Shown piece after piece: positions 17,733 to 26,030 of a stretch of 45,535 nucleotides of DNA. The stretch is from the IMG/VR virus record IMGVR_UViG_3300045005_000110. One strand, 5' to 3'. Below the pieces are notes generated by a model. The model made no database searches. It was not told the origin of the DNA and saw nothing but the letters and a program-made list of their open reading frames with translations. Each line of letters starts with the position of its first letter. Position 1 is the first letter of the stretch. This DNA comes from a virus. The position numbers and the translations under genes are program-made.

Positions 17733-18273
17733 CCTGATTCGGCTTGGCTTTACTCGCAGCTACTTCGCTCGGTGTCATCGGGTGCTTCGGGTCTACTGTC
17801 GGCGTCTTAGACGCGACCGGCGGCGTCACCTTGTTCATCTTCAACCACGGCGGGGTCAGCTTGTCGATGTTCGCCGGCACCGCGCCCTGTTTCGCGCCCT
17901 TTTCCAATACACCGGCGACATCGACTCCTTTGCCCTTACCGATCTGGTTGGGAATTGGCTTGCCGGTCGGTGTCATGAGGCCGACAACCCTCTCCCAGTC
18001 TTTCTTGTTGATGCCCTTCGGAACGGTTTTGCCGTTGAGCATGTTCTGTTGCTTCTGGAACTCTTGGTCTGCGACCATTTTCGCTTTGTCGGGTTTGGCG
18101 TTCGGGTTGGCCTGTACGTTGGCGACGACTTTTTCGAGGTCCGCGCCGGACTGTTGGAGTTGTGCAACGAAGGCGTCTCTCGTCCCTGGATCGCTCAGGT
18201 CAATGCCCAGATCACCGACGATGGCCTCGAAGAGTTGTGGATTACGAAGTCTGACGTAGTTTGCGAACGACAT
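17713..18273 (-). CDS. Hypothetical K/P-rich protein (~186 aa)
   Basis: ORF 17713..18297. The preferred start is ATG 18273 (MSFANY…), which has an AAGGA SD. It converges on the + gene with a 20-bp overlap. Confidence 0.5.
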   Translation of the reverse strand: MSFANYVRLRNPQLFEAIVGDLGIDLSDPGTRDAFVAQLQQSGADLEKVVANVQANPNAKPDKAKMVADQEFQKQQNMLNGKTVPKGINKKDWERVVGLMTPTGKPIPNQIGKGKGVDVAGVLEKGAKQGAVPANIDKLTPPWLKMNKVTPPVASKTPTVDPKHPMTPSEVAASKAKPNQVMGGGA

Positions 18274-18342
18274 TGTTTCCTTTGCAAATCGGTTCATCCT
18301 ATCTAGTCCCCAGACCGGCTATACTTCAAAAAAGGGGATCAC

Positions 18343-18888
18343 ATGCAAGCAGCCATTTTCATTCACGGTCAAGTTCTCTGTGGACCCACTCGCGAAAGCC
18401 TCGCCGCCTGTATGACGGATGCCGACGCCGTGAGCGGTTTCTACCACCACGATCACAAACGGTTCGTATCGGAAGACCGCCAGTTCTACATGAAGGACAT
18501 CGTCCTGATCCGTCACGCCGACGCCGAGGGCGACAAACTCACCGGCAAAGGCATCGCCCAGATCCAAAGTAGCCTGCCCCGACTGAATTCTTTGTACCGC
18601 AGTAATTTGGAGATAATCTCTGCCCCGTTCGAGAGATGCGAACACACGGCGTGGGCGCTCGCGACTCATTTTTCGCTTTCGGCTAAAGCGAACGACTCGA
18701 TCCGCGAACCAGCTACTGACGAGAACGTGTCGGCGGCTCTGGACGAGTTGCCTGATTATGCTATGTTGATTGTTCCCGCCGATTTCCTTTGCCTCGCCGT
18801 TGGCAAAGCGACCGGGAAGTTCCCGTCCTCGGTTCCCAACATGGCCGTGATCCGCCTGTTGGCGAACGCTGCGGAAGAGATCGCTTGA
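18343..18888 (+). CDS. Histidine-phosphatase (SixA/PGAM-like) family protein (181 aa)
   Basis: 'IVLIRHADAEGDKLTGKG' resembles the RHG-type catalytic motif of phosphohistidine phosphatases. Confidence 0.5.
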   Translation: MQAAIFIHGQVLCGPTRESLAACMTDADAVSGFYHHDHKRFVSEDRQFYMKDIVLIRHADAEGDKLTGKGIAQIQSSLPRLNSLYRSNLEIISAPFERCEHTAWALATHFSLSAKANDSIREPATDENVSAALDELPDYAMLIVPADFLCLAVGKATGKFPSSVPNMAVIRLLANAAEEIA

Positions 18889-18969
18889 CAAAAACTTCCC
18901 GAATGCCGACAATCCTGGGAAGTTTGTCTATACTGACCCGGCAATGAACGGCCCGTAACGGAGGATTCA

Positions 18970-20076
18970 ATGATCAGAAAGATGTGCGGGCTGGCGCTGG
19001 CCTTTACTTTGCTGTTCGCCAGCAACGCTTATGCCGGCCCGCCCAAGTCCAGCAGTGGCAGTTCGAGTCGCCCCAGTTTCAGTGGCGGGAGTAGTAAGCC
19101 CGCGTTTTCGGGCGGCAGCAGTAGCGCTCCGAAGTTTAGCGGAGGAAGCAGTGCCGCTCCCTCCAGCACCCCGAAGTTCAGTGGCGGGAGCAACCCTCCC
19201 ACCAGTACGGCGAAACCGCCGGCAACGAGTCGTCCGAGTTTCAGCGGCGGGTCGAATCCGCCGACAGGTGTCGCAAAGGGCAGTGCGACAGACAAGCCGG
19301 TTTTTGGAGGCGGGTCTACCTCACCTCCAAACAAGACGGTGACGACGACACCGATTCAAGGTCGTCAGCCGACCACCGTGAGCAAGAAACCGGCGGCTGA
19401 AACGTTCGACAAGTTGTCGGGAACCGAAGCCCGAAAGACCGAGAGCCGAAAGTCCTACGAGAAGTCCGAAGCACCTGCGGCGTCGTACAAAACGCCTGCC
19501 GGTAAAGACGTGCCGATTGCCAAAAACGATAAGTCTGCCGACTATCTGCGCGGCCGGCTGGACGAGTCGCGATGGCAGAACCGCTCGCAGCGGACGGATA
19601 CCTTCTACGGGTCGTACTACAGCCGCTACCCGTCAACGGTGATCGTCCACTACAACGACTCCTACCACCCGTACTGGAATTACTGGTTGGCGAGTCAAAC
19701 CATCGACGTGATGTCCCTCTGGGTGTACCACCACCAGATGTCGATGGACCAAGCTCGACTCAACGCCATGTACGCCCAGAACGCCGACCTTCGCGCAAGG
19801 GTAGCCGCCCTCGAACGGCAAGGGATTCCGAGAGACGTGACGTACACCCCGCGAGGGGTTGACGCCGACATGATGTACGATGACGGGTACGTCAACGCCT
19901 GCTGGAACCCCCGGCCGAAACAGGTTGACTACTACGAGTACGACGATCCGCCGACGCACCATTCGTCGGGCGGCGGAAATGTAGGAAAAGCCTTGCTCTG
20001 GATTTTCGTCTACATTCCGCTGATCATTATCGGGCTGGTTGGTCTATACTGGCTCGTGTTCCACTACCGCTGGTAA
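18970..20076 (+). CDS. Secreted protein with a membrane anchor and S/G/P-rich 'xFSGGS' repeats (368 aa)
   Basis: N-terminal signal peptide (MIRKMCGLALAFTLLFASNAYA). Repeats PSFSGGSSKPAFSGGSSSAPKFSGGSSAAPSSTPKFSGGSNPP… C-terminal TM helix (LLWIFVYIPLIIIGLVGLYWLVF). GGAGG SD. Confidence 0.7.
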   Translation: MIRKMCGLALAFTLLFASNAYAGPPKSSSGSSSRPSFSGGSSKPAFSGGSSSAPKFSGGSSAAPSSTPKFSGGSNPPTSTAKPPATSRPSFSGGSNPPTGVAKGSATDKPVFGGGSTSPPNKTVTTTPIQGRQPTTVSKKPAAETFDKLSGTEARKTESRKSYEKSEAPAASYKTPAGKDVPIAKNDKSADYLRGRLDESRWQNRSQRTDTFYGSYYSRYPSTVIVHYNDSYHPYWNYWLASQTIDVMSLWVYHHQMSMDQARLNAMYAQNADLRARVAALERQGIPRDVTYTPRGVDADMMYDDGYVNACWNPRPKQVDYYEYDDPPTHHSSGGGNVGKALLWIFVYIPLIIIGLVGLYWLVFHYRW

Positions 20077-20122
20077 CCGAAACCCCTAACCCTGTGTCGA
20101 ACCCAAAGACTGGAGCCTGACC

Positions 20123-20434
20123 ATGACCCCGCTTCTCGCTACCGCCGAAACCGTCGCCGAAAACGCGAGCTTCTTTCCGCCGGACTTCTGGCCGCACGTC
20201 GTGATGGCACTGATCGCCGTCGTCTTCGCCGCCGCCCTGTTCTACCCGTTCTGGCGGTGGATCGACAAGCTCACGCCCGGCGATCTCAACAAGGAACTAC
20301 TCGGCACCGCCGACGTGCGTGACGCCAACAACAACATCGTCACCCACGGCAAGCAACCCAACGTCGCGCTCGCCATCGTCGTCGCCGCCCTCGTACTCGG
20401 CTTCTTCCAAGTGATCGCGGCGGCGGTACGGTAA
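20123..20434 (+). CDS. Small membrane protein with two TM helices (103 aa)
   Basis: Two hydrophobic helices; GGAG SD. Confidence 0.5.
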   Translation: MTPLLATAETVAENASFFPPDFWPHVVMALIAVVFAAALFYPFWRWIDKLTPGDLNKELLGTADVRDANNNIVTHGKQPNVALAIVVAALVLGFFQVIAAAVR

Positions 20435-20527
20435 ACGCAACCCCTGTGCCGGGCGAGACTTAACCGCCCGGCACGAATTGCCAAAATTCTCAAACGGTGC
20501 AGACGAAACACTTTCGGAGGGTCTACA

Positions 20528-21208
20528 ATGGCCGATAAGAAGCGAACACTGGCGGATCGGATCTTGGGTCGGAACCAGTTCGTTCCGAACGAAGAGAAGG
20601 TCCACAACCCGTTCAAGGTGAAGATCGGTGCCAACTTCCATCTGGATACACTGAAGTTCCGAGGCGTGTTCTACAACCTGAAAGAACTGCACGTTCTGGA
20701 TCGCGGGACCGGCGTGCTGATGGCCGACTACGTTGTCGAGGCGGGCGTCTCGACGGCTGGCAAGGCGATCCCCGACGAGAACAAGTCGCTGATCCTTCGG
20801 GCTGTGCCGCGTGACGGCGACACCGGCAAGAACAAGATCGACTTCCGCATCGTGGCACTCACCAAGTATTTCGAGTGCGCGTGGGACGACGAATCGCGTC
20901 CGGGGCTGATGGAAGGCGTCAACGATCCGGGCGGCATCTTCGCGATCAATGCCGGGACGGAAGACGAGAAGAAATACTGGCGTCTTCAGGGTTTGAAGAC
21001 CGCCGAACACGTCAACGTGACCGTCGTCAAGGATTCCGAAAGCGACGTGGGCCTGAAACGAATCGATCTCTGGGGCTTCTCGCGGACCACGCAGGATGAA
21101 GCCAAACAGGAAGTCAACGAATACCTCTACGTCCAGAAGGACAGCGCCAGCGGCTGGCTTGAGGTGTTCGTCGGGCGGGAGATTCCGCCCGAAAGGATCA
21201 ACGTCTGA
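20528..21208 (+). CDS. Hypothetical protein (226 aa)
   Basis: GGAGG SD; normal composition. Confidence 0.6.
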   Translation: MADKKRTLADRILGRNQFVPNEEKVHNPFKVKIGANFHLDTLKFRGVFYNLKELHVLDRGTGVLMADYVVEAGVSTAGKAIPDENKSLILRAVPRDGDTGKNKIDFRIVALTKYFECAWDDESRPGLMEGVNDPGGIFAINAGTEDEKKYWRLQGLKTAEHVNVTVVKDSESDVGLKRIDLWGFSRTTQDEAKQEVNEYLYVQKDSASGWLEVFVGREIPPERINV

Positions 21209-21267
21209 TTCCGCTGCGGTCCCTTAACCCCTAACTGTTTCGCAAAACACAAACAAGGATTCTGACC

Positions 21268-22053
21268 ATGAACACGTTCCTCATCATCCTCGCGATCCTC
21301 GGCGGTGCGGTTCTGCTCGTCTTGGGCGCGAAGAACGTCAAGAAGCTCTGGTTCAACGCCAGATCGTCGGCGTCGGCCGGCGTCAAGAACATCGACAAGG
21401 CCAACGCGGTCAACAACATGAAGCAAGCGGTCGATGACGCGAAGGGCGAGATCTCCGGGTACGTCTCGAAGCTCAACGAGAGTCAGGGCCAGATCAACAG
21501 CCTGACCCGCGAGAGCAACGAGGCGAACAGCGAAGTGAACGTGCTGACCGCGCAGGTGAACGAGCGGGCGCGTGAGGTGAACGGCAACACCGACGACCCG
21601 GTACTGCTCGATCTCGCCGAGCAGTTGAGTACCGCTCAGGCCCGCGCCGCCGACGCGACGAAGGAACTTGGCGAACAAACGACCCTGCACAACAGCGTGC
21701 TGACGCAGGTCAAGGAAGCGGTCAAGCGTGCGGACGATCTGGAGAAGGAAGCCGACCGCCTCGGCGTGAAGCTGGACCTTTCGGCGACCCGCGCGGAACT
21801 GGCGAGCGTCGGCATCAACTTCCAGAAGTCCTCGGCTCACAGTAGCCTCGCGGCGGCATCGGGGTACGCGGAAGAGATCCAGAAGCAGATCGACACCAAC
21901 AACGGTGCGGTCGAAGTGGCGAAGCAACTGAACCAGACCAGTGCGTCGTCGGCCGCGACCGCCGAGTGGAAGGCCAAGCAGTCGGCGAAGGCCACCCTCG
22001 CGAACCTCGGCATCGGCACCACCAAGCCGGCCGACACCGCCCCACAAGGCTGA
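21268..22053 (+). CDS. Membrane-anchored coiled-coil protein, possibly PspA/IM30-like (261 aa)
   Basis: N-terminal TM (FLIILAILGGAVLLVLGA) followed by a long Q/E/A-rich coiled coil. Confidence 0.5.
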   Translation: MNTFLIILAILGGAVLLVLGAKNVKKLWFNARSSASAGVKNIDKANAVNNMKQAVDDAKGEISGYVSKLNESQGQINSLTRESNEANSEVNVLTAQVNERAREVNGNTDDPVLLDLAEQLSTAQARAADATKELGEQTTLHNSVLTQVKEAVKRADDLEKEADRLGVKLDLSATRAELASVGINFQKSSAHSSLAAASGYAEEIQKQIDTNNGAVEVAKQLNQTSASSAATAEWKAKQSAKATLANLGIGTTKPADTAPQG

Positions 22054-22072
22054 TCCCTCTCCTCAGCCGGAA

Positions 22073-22108
22073 GGCCCAGGTCGAATTCGACCTGGGCCTT
22101 TTTGTTTT
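22073..22108 (+). terminator. Rho-independent terminator
   Basis: ggcccaggtcgaattcgacctgggcc followed by TTTTTGTTTT. Confidence 0.65.
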
Positions 22109-22176
22109 GCCTTGCTTTACAAGTGGCTCTGGCCGATCTATAACTGTCCCTGACACCAAACACAAAGGTACAACCA

Positions 22177-22455
22177 ATGACCGCGTTCCCGTTCAAGCCA
22201 GATGCCCCCAACGTTGAAGTGATCGGCATCGGAGTGGCGCAGAAGCTCGAACCCCCGCAACTACTGGAAGAAGCCCTCAAGGTTTGCAACGAGCTACAGA
22301 GCGTCCACAAAGCTCAGAAACCGATCCTCAGACACTTCGTACACCTCGGCCATCACGATCTGGTCGGCACCGTGATCGAACGCGCCGGGGTGTTTACCAT
22401 CTTCATCGGCCTCGGCCTCGAAGTTATCTCGGCCACTCAGGGCATCCACAAGTGA
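22177..22455 (+). CDS. Hypothetical small protein (92 aa)
   Basis: ORF with a hydrophobic C-terminus. Confidence 0.45.
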   Translation: MTAFPFKPDAPNVEVIGIGVAQKLEPPQLLEEALKVCNELQSVHKAQKPILRHFVHLGHHDLVGTVIERAGVFTIFIGLGLEVISATQGIHK

Positions 22456-22457
22456 GC

Positions 22458-23474
22458 ATGTTCAAGGTGCCGGACGGCAAGATGTTCATTCTGCCGCCGC
22501 TCGCCACACCAGCGAAGCAAGGACCGTTCTTCGTCGCCCGGAAGAACGGCTCCGCGATGTTCAACCCGACCAAGAAGAACGTCTGTGGTTGTCCGATCTG
22601 TGAATTCGAGAAAGACCAGCGTGCCATGTCCAAGCCCACACTGACGCCTCTGGTGCTTCCTTCCGTCGCTGCCGGCAAAGGACTCGACCACCTCAACAAG
22701 AGGGGCTGCTGCAAGTATTGGCCCAACCTGACGGACGAAGCACTCGTCCGTCACGGCAACGAGTGCTTCTACTGCACCGCCAACCCCGAAGTCGGCCTCG
22801 ACATCTGGCACCTCGACTACGCGACCCGTACCGTTGTGCTGAAAGAGGTCGTGGTCGTCTGCAAGTGGTGCTACCGCGCCGTCAACATCGCCGAGTCCGA
22901 AGAGAGCGATTACTTCCAAGAGGTCGTTCACCACATCGGCACCGTTCGCGGCATTAAGAAACAAGAAGTCGGGGAACTGATTCGCGCCGCCTACGAAAAC
23001 TGGGAGGTGGCGACACAAGGCCAGTGGGAACTCAGTTACGGCGACTTCGCCCACTTCATCCACGAGCCGGGGAAGCTTCCCGATGTTTCCGTCTTCGATA
23101 AGCTCCCGAAGCTCAAGGACCACGAAAGAAAGCCGTCCCAGACGAATCACGTCAAGTTTTTGCTCGTGAAACGTGACGCGAATAAAACATTGGGGAAGGG
23201 TCCGTGTCCGGTCTTCATTCTCAGCGGCAACATGCAGGAGGTCGATCAGATCTGGTCATGTGCTGCCCACATGACTAAAAACGGTCACCTCGCGGCCGAG
23301 GCGTTCGCGTCTACAATGAGAGAGTCCGAGGTCAAACCCATCTTGTCCGCAACCGGGTTTGTTGGTATTGTGCTGGACAAAACGGACTCCAAGTACGAAA
23401 TCGAGAAGACGCTCCAAGTCCTGTTCGGGAGTGTCGCAAAGTCGATTCAGTTCACCGAAGGTAAAGTGAAATGA
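22458..23474 (+). CDS. Cys-rich hypothetical protein (~338 aa)
   Basis: Real start ATG 22458, just after the upstream stop. The track ORF's N-terminal 58 aa is an R-rich shadow. Contains CGCPIC and CFYC…CKWC motifs. Confidence 0.6.
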   Translation: MFKVPDGKMFILPPLATPAKQGPFFVARKNGSAMFNPTKKNVCGCPICEFEKDQRAMSKPTLTPLVLPSVAAGKGLDHLNKRGCCKYWPNLTDEALVRHGNECFYCTANPEVGLDIWHLDYATRTVVLKEVVVVCKWCYRAVNIAESEESDYFQEVVHHIGTVRGIKKQEVGELIRAAYENWEVATQGQWELSYGDFAHFIHEPGKLPDVSVFDKLPKLKDHERKPSQTNHVKFLLVKRDANKTLGKGPCPVFILSGNMQEVDQIWSCAAHMTKNGHLAAEAFASTMRESEVKPILSATGFVGIVLDKTDSKYEIEKTLQVLFGSVAKSIQFTEGKVK

Positions 23475-24001
23475 AGATCACGAAGTTCCGCGACATCCCG
23501 CAGTTCGTGCGGCACGGCTCTTACGAGGTCGATGTCTCGCCGGAAAGCCTGATCAGCACCATCAACGACTTCGTTGAACAAGGTCTGGATTTGGACCCCG
23601 ACTTCCAGAGGGGACACGTCTGGTCCGACAAGCAGCGGGTCGCGTTCGTTGAGTTCTTCTTGCGCGGCGGCAAGACCGGCCGCGTCATTTACCTCAACAA
23701 CCCGAACTGGCACTTCAACAACGAGAAGGGCTACAACGATTTCGTCATCGTTGACGGCAAGCAACGGGTCGAAGCGTTCCGCAAGTTCATCAACAATGAG
23801 ATCAAGGCGTTCGGCTCCTACTACCGCGAGTACACCGACAGCATCCGCCTCGTCAACACGATGAAGATCAACGTCAACGATCTGCGGACGCGGGCCGACG
23901 TTCTCCAGTGGTACATTGACTTCAACGCGGGCGGCGTGGTACACTCGGACAAAGAAATCAGCCGCGTTCGGCGGCTACTCAAAAAGGAAACGTCAAAATG
24001 A
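23471..24001 (+). CDS. DUF262 / ParB-like nuclease domain protein (176 aa)
   Basis: 'DFQRGHVW' matches the xQRxxVW motif and 'VIVDGKQRVEAF' matches DGQQR. Confidence 0.6.
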   Translation: MKITKFRDIPQFVRHGSYEVDVSPESLISTINDFVEQGLDLDPDFQRGHVWSDKQRVAFVEFFLRGGKTGRVIYLNNPNWHFNNEKGYNDFVIVDGKQRVEAFRKFINNEIKAFGSYYREYTDSIRLVNTMKINVNDLRTRADVLQWYIDFNAGGVVHSDKEISRVRRLLKKETSK

Positions 24002-24333
24002 TCGTCGTCACCCAGAACTGCGTTAACCCGGACTTCAAACCGCTCGGCATGGTCGTCATCTCGCACGACTTCGAGACAACGGCGGCTACCATCCGCGCCG
24101 TCAAAGACATGATGGAGCTTCTCAAGAAAGAAGCTCCACAAGGCACAACGCACTTGTTCAACTTCCGGTGCGAATTCCAGCCCGGATTGAGTTCGTTCGC
24201 CCAAGCCGACGCCTATAACGACGGCAAGACCCCGTTCCGGCCCCGTGGTCAGAAGCCCGAAGAACCCAAACCCCAAGACGGAGTTTCCAATGTCAATGCC
24301 CCCCTTCAAGGTTCCCCACACCACTACGGATGA
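23998..24333 (+). CDS. Hypothetical protein (111 aa)
   Basis: ATGA overlap start. Confidence 0.5.
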   Translation: MIVVTQNCVNPDFKPLGMVVISHDFETTAATIRAVKDMMELLKKEAPQGTTHLFNFRCEFQPGLSSFAQADAYNDGKTPFRPRGQKPEEPKPQDGVSNVNAPLQGSPHHYG

Positions 24334-24886
24334 ACAGGTAACGGAACTAGCCAAGAAGTTCCTACCGATCAGACTCAAGGGGAACAAAGCGTTCCTGTTG
24401 GAACACAAGGCCGACCTGTTCAACCAGTCGTACACATGGGACGCCAAAGAGAAACCGTACAAGGGCGACCTTTACGTTCTCGACCGACTGTGGACGGTTC
24501 ACACCTTCGGCTATCAGGGCTTCTTCAAGCCGTCCATCGCTGAAGTCATTCAACAGATTCCACGATGCTACGACAAACTGAAGGTGCTGTACTTCGAGAT
24601 CATCGCGCCGGAAGACGCCAGCGACCTCAACCTGTGGATCGAACACATCCACGCGGGCGTCCACGTCGCGAAGACCAACCTGTACGTCCCCGAACCGTCG
24701 TCGCAGCTTATGGCGGGGTACTGGCACGAGAACCGCGACATGCTCCACATGCACGGCGCGAACGACATGACCCCCGCACAGTTCGCCATCGAATGGATCG
24801 AACGGCTCCGGGCCGAAGACCGTCTCGAAGTTCTGGACGCGATGACGGTTTACGACCCGAAGACCGGCCAGCCCAAGAAGGCTTGA
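24290..24886 (+). CDS. Hypothetical protein (~198 aa)
   Basis: Start assumed at ATG 24290 (MSMPPFK…). The track ORF begins at 24245 inside the previous gene. Confidence 0.5.
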   Translation: MSMPPFKVPHTTTDEQVTELAKKFLPIRLKGNKAFLLEHKADLFNQSYTWDAKEKPYKGDLYVLDRLWTVHTFGYQGFFKPSIAEVIQQIPRCYDKLKVLYFEIIAPEDASDLNLWIEHIHAGVHVAKTNLYVPEPSSQLMAGYWHENRDMLHMHGANDMTPAQFAIEWIERLRAEDRLEVLDAMTVYDPKTGQPKKA

Positions 24887-24945
24887 CGCAGATAAAGAAA
24901 AGCGGTAGTATCTTGCTGTCGATACACCCCTTTCAAGGAAAAGCC

Positions 24946-25320
24946 ATGAACAAGACGACGTGGGCAGTGGTCGCGATCCTTCTGTGTTCGGTCGGCTACA
25001 ACCTGTACCAGCGGCACCAGAACGACCGGCTGCAACAGGCGGTCCTGCTGATCGACCAGAAGGACAAGCTGCAACAGCAGCAGATGAACGACTTCACCAT
25101 GACGATGTACCAGCGGCAGACCGAGAACACTCTCGAACTCGCGCGGCAGAACGGCAAGATCGAAGGCATGCTCGCGGTGATCACCGGCCAGAAGCCGAAC
25201 GAGTACGAGGGCAACCAACTCTGGCATGCCGGGTACTACCGTGGGTTGGATCAGGCCAAAGACATGAAGACGGGTTCGCCGCCGGAAGACACGATCAAGG
25301 TGAACAAGAAAGACAAGTGA
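24946..25320 (+). CDS. Membrane-anchored Q-rich coiled-coil protein (124 aa)
   Basis: Real start ATG 24946 (MNKTTWAVVAILLCSVG…). The upstream part of the track ORF 24565..25320 is R/P-rich junk. Confidence 0.55.
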   Translation: MNKTTWAVVAILLCSVGYNLYQRHQNDRLQQAVLLIDQKDKLQQQQMNDFTMTMYQRQTENTLELARQNGKIEGMLAVITGQKPNEYEGNQLWHAGYYRGLDQAKDMKTGSPPEDTIKVNKKDK

Positions 25321-25460
25321 AGCCCCTAGTCCCATTTCGCTGGCGTGGGATGTTGTCCCGAAAAGCGGTTTAACCGACGAAGTAGGGCATCGTTGGCACT
25401 TTGGGGAAGTCAGCGGGCGGCAGGCGGTGCCGTAGCGGGTGCGCACCCGTCCGTAATGCC

Positions 25461-25500
25461 AGCAGGCGACTTCGGTTGGCCTGCTGGCATTTTCTTTAAC
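25461..25500 (+). terminator. Terminator-like hairpin
   Basis: gccagcagg-cgacttcggttgg-cctgctggc followed by ATTTTCTTT. Confidence 0.4.
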
Positions 25501-25511
25501 CGGAGACACAA

Positions 25512-26030
25512 ATGGGAACAGAGTTCGTCCCCGAAGGCTGCGACTTCCAAACGGCCGAAGCCGTCAACATCGAAAGCTGCACCCTCCTCGGCTTCAACAA
25601 CTGCTTCTCGGTCAGGCTCGCGGACGGCAGCTACGCCGATGTCGTGAACTTCTACCACGAAGACATCGAAGACCTTCTCGAAAAGAAGGAAATCACTTGG
25701 CCGATCCAAGTCGCGGTCCTCGGCCCGAAGACCGTCGCTTTCAACGATCCGCGACTGCCGCACGGCAAATATCGCAAGGATTTCTGTACGGTCTGCTGCC
25801 CGGTCGAACTCCTGCCGACTCCGCAACGCCTCCAGATCGCTCGCGAGATTCAGTGCGGGAAGACCAAGTACACCCGGCACGAAGGCGGCATGGTAATCAT
25901 CAGCCACAACCACCGTTGTGAAGGTGCGCCGAAGCTGACGAATTGGAAGGTCGAGATCAACCCGAATCCGACCGTCGTCTACTGTCTGGACGAAGCCGCC
26001 CTCAAAGCCTTTGACGGAGACAAGAAATGA
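25512..26030 (+). CDS. Hypothetical Cys-rich protein (172 aa)
   Basis: Contains several Cys pairs. Confidence 0.6.
   Translation: MGTEFVPEGCDFQTAEAVNIESCTLLGFNNCFSVRLADGSYADVVNFYHEDIEDLLEKKEITWPIQVAVLGPKTVAFNDPRLPHGKYRKDFCTVCCPVELLPTPQRLQIAREIQCGKTKYTRHEGGMVIISHNHRCEGAPKLTNWKVEINPNPTVVYCLDEAALKAFDGDKK

Noticed and set aside
21127-22047. 306-aa minus-strand ORF
   Set aside because: Shadow of the coiled-coil gene 21268..22053 (R/G/L-rich).
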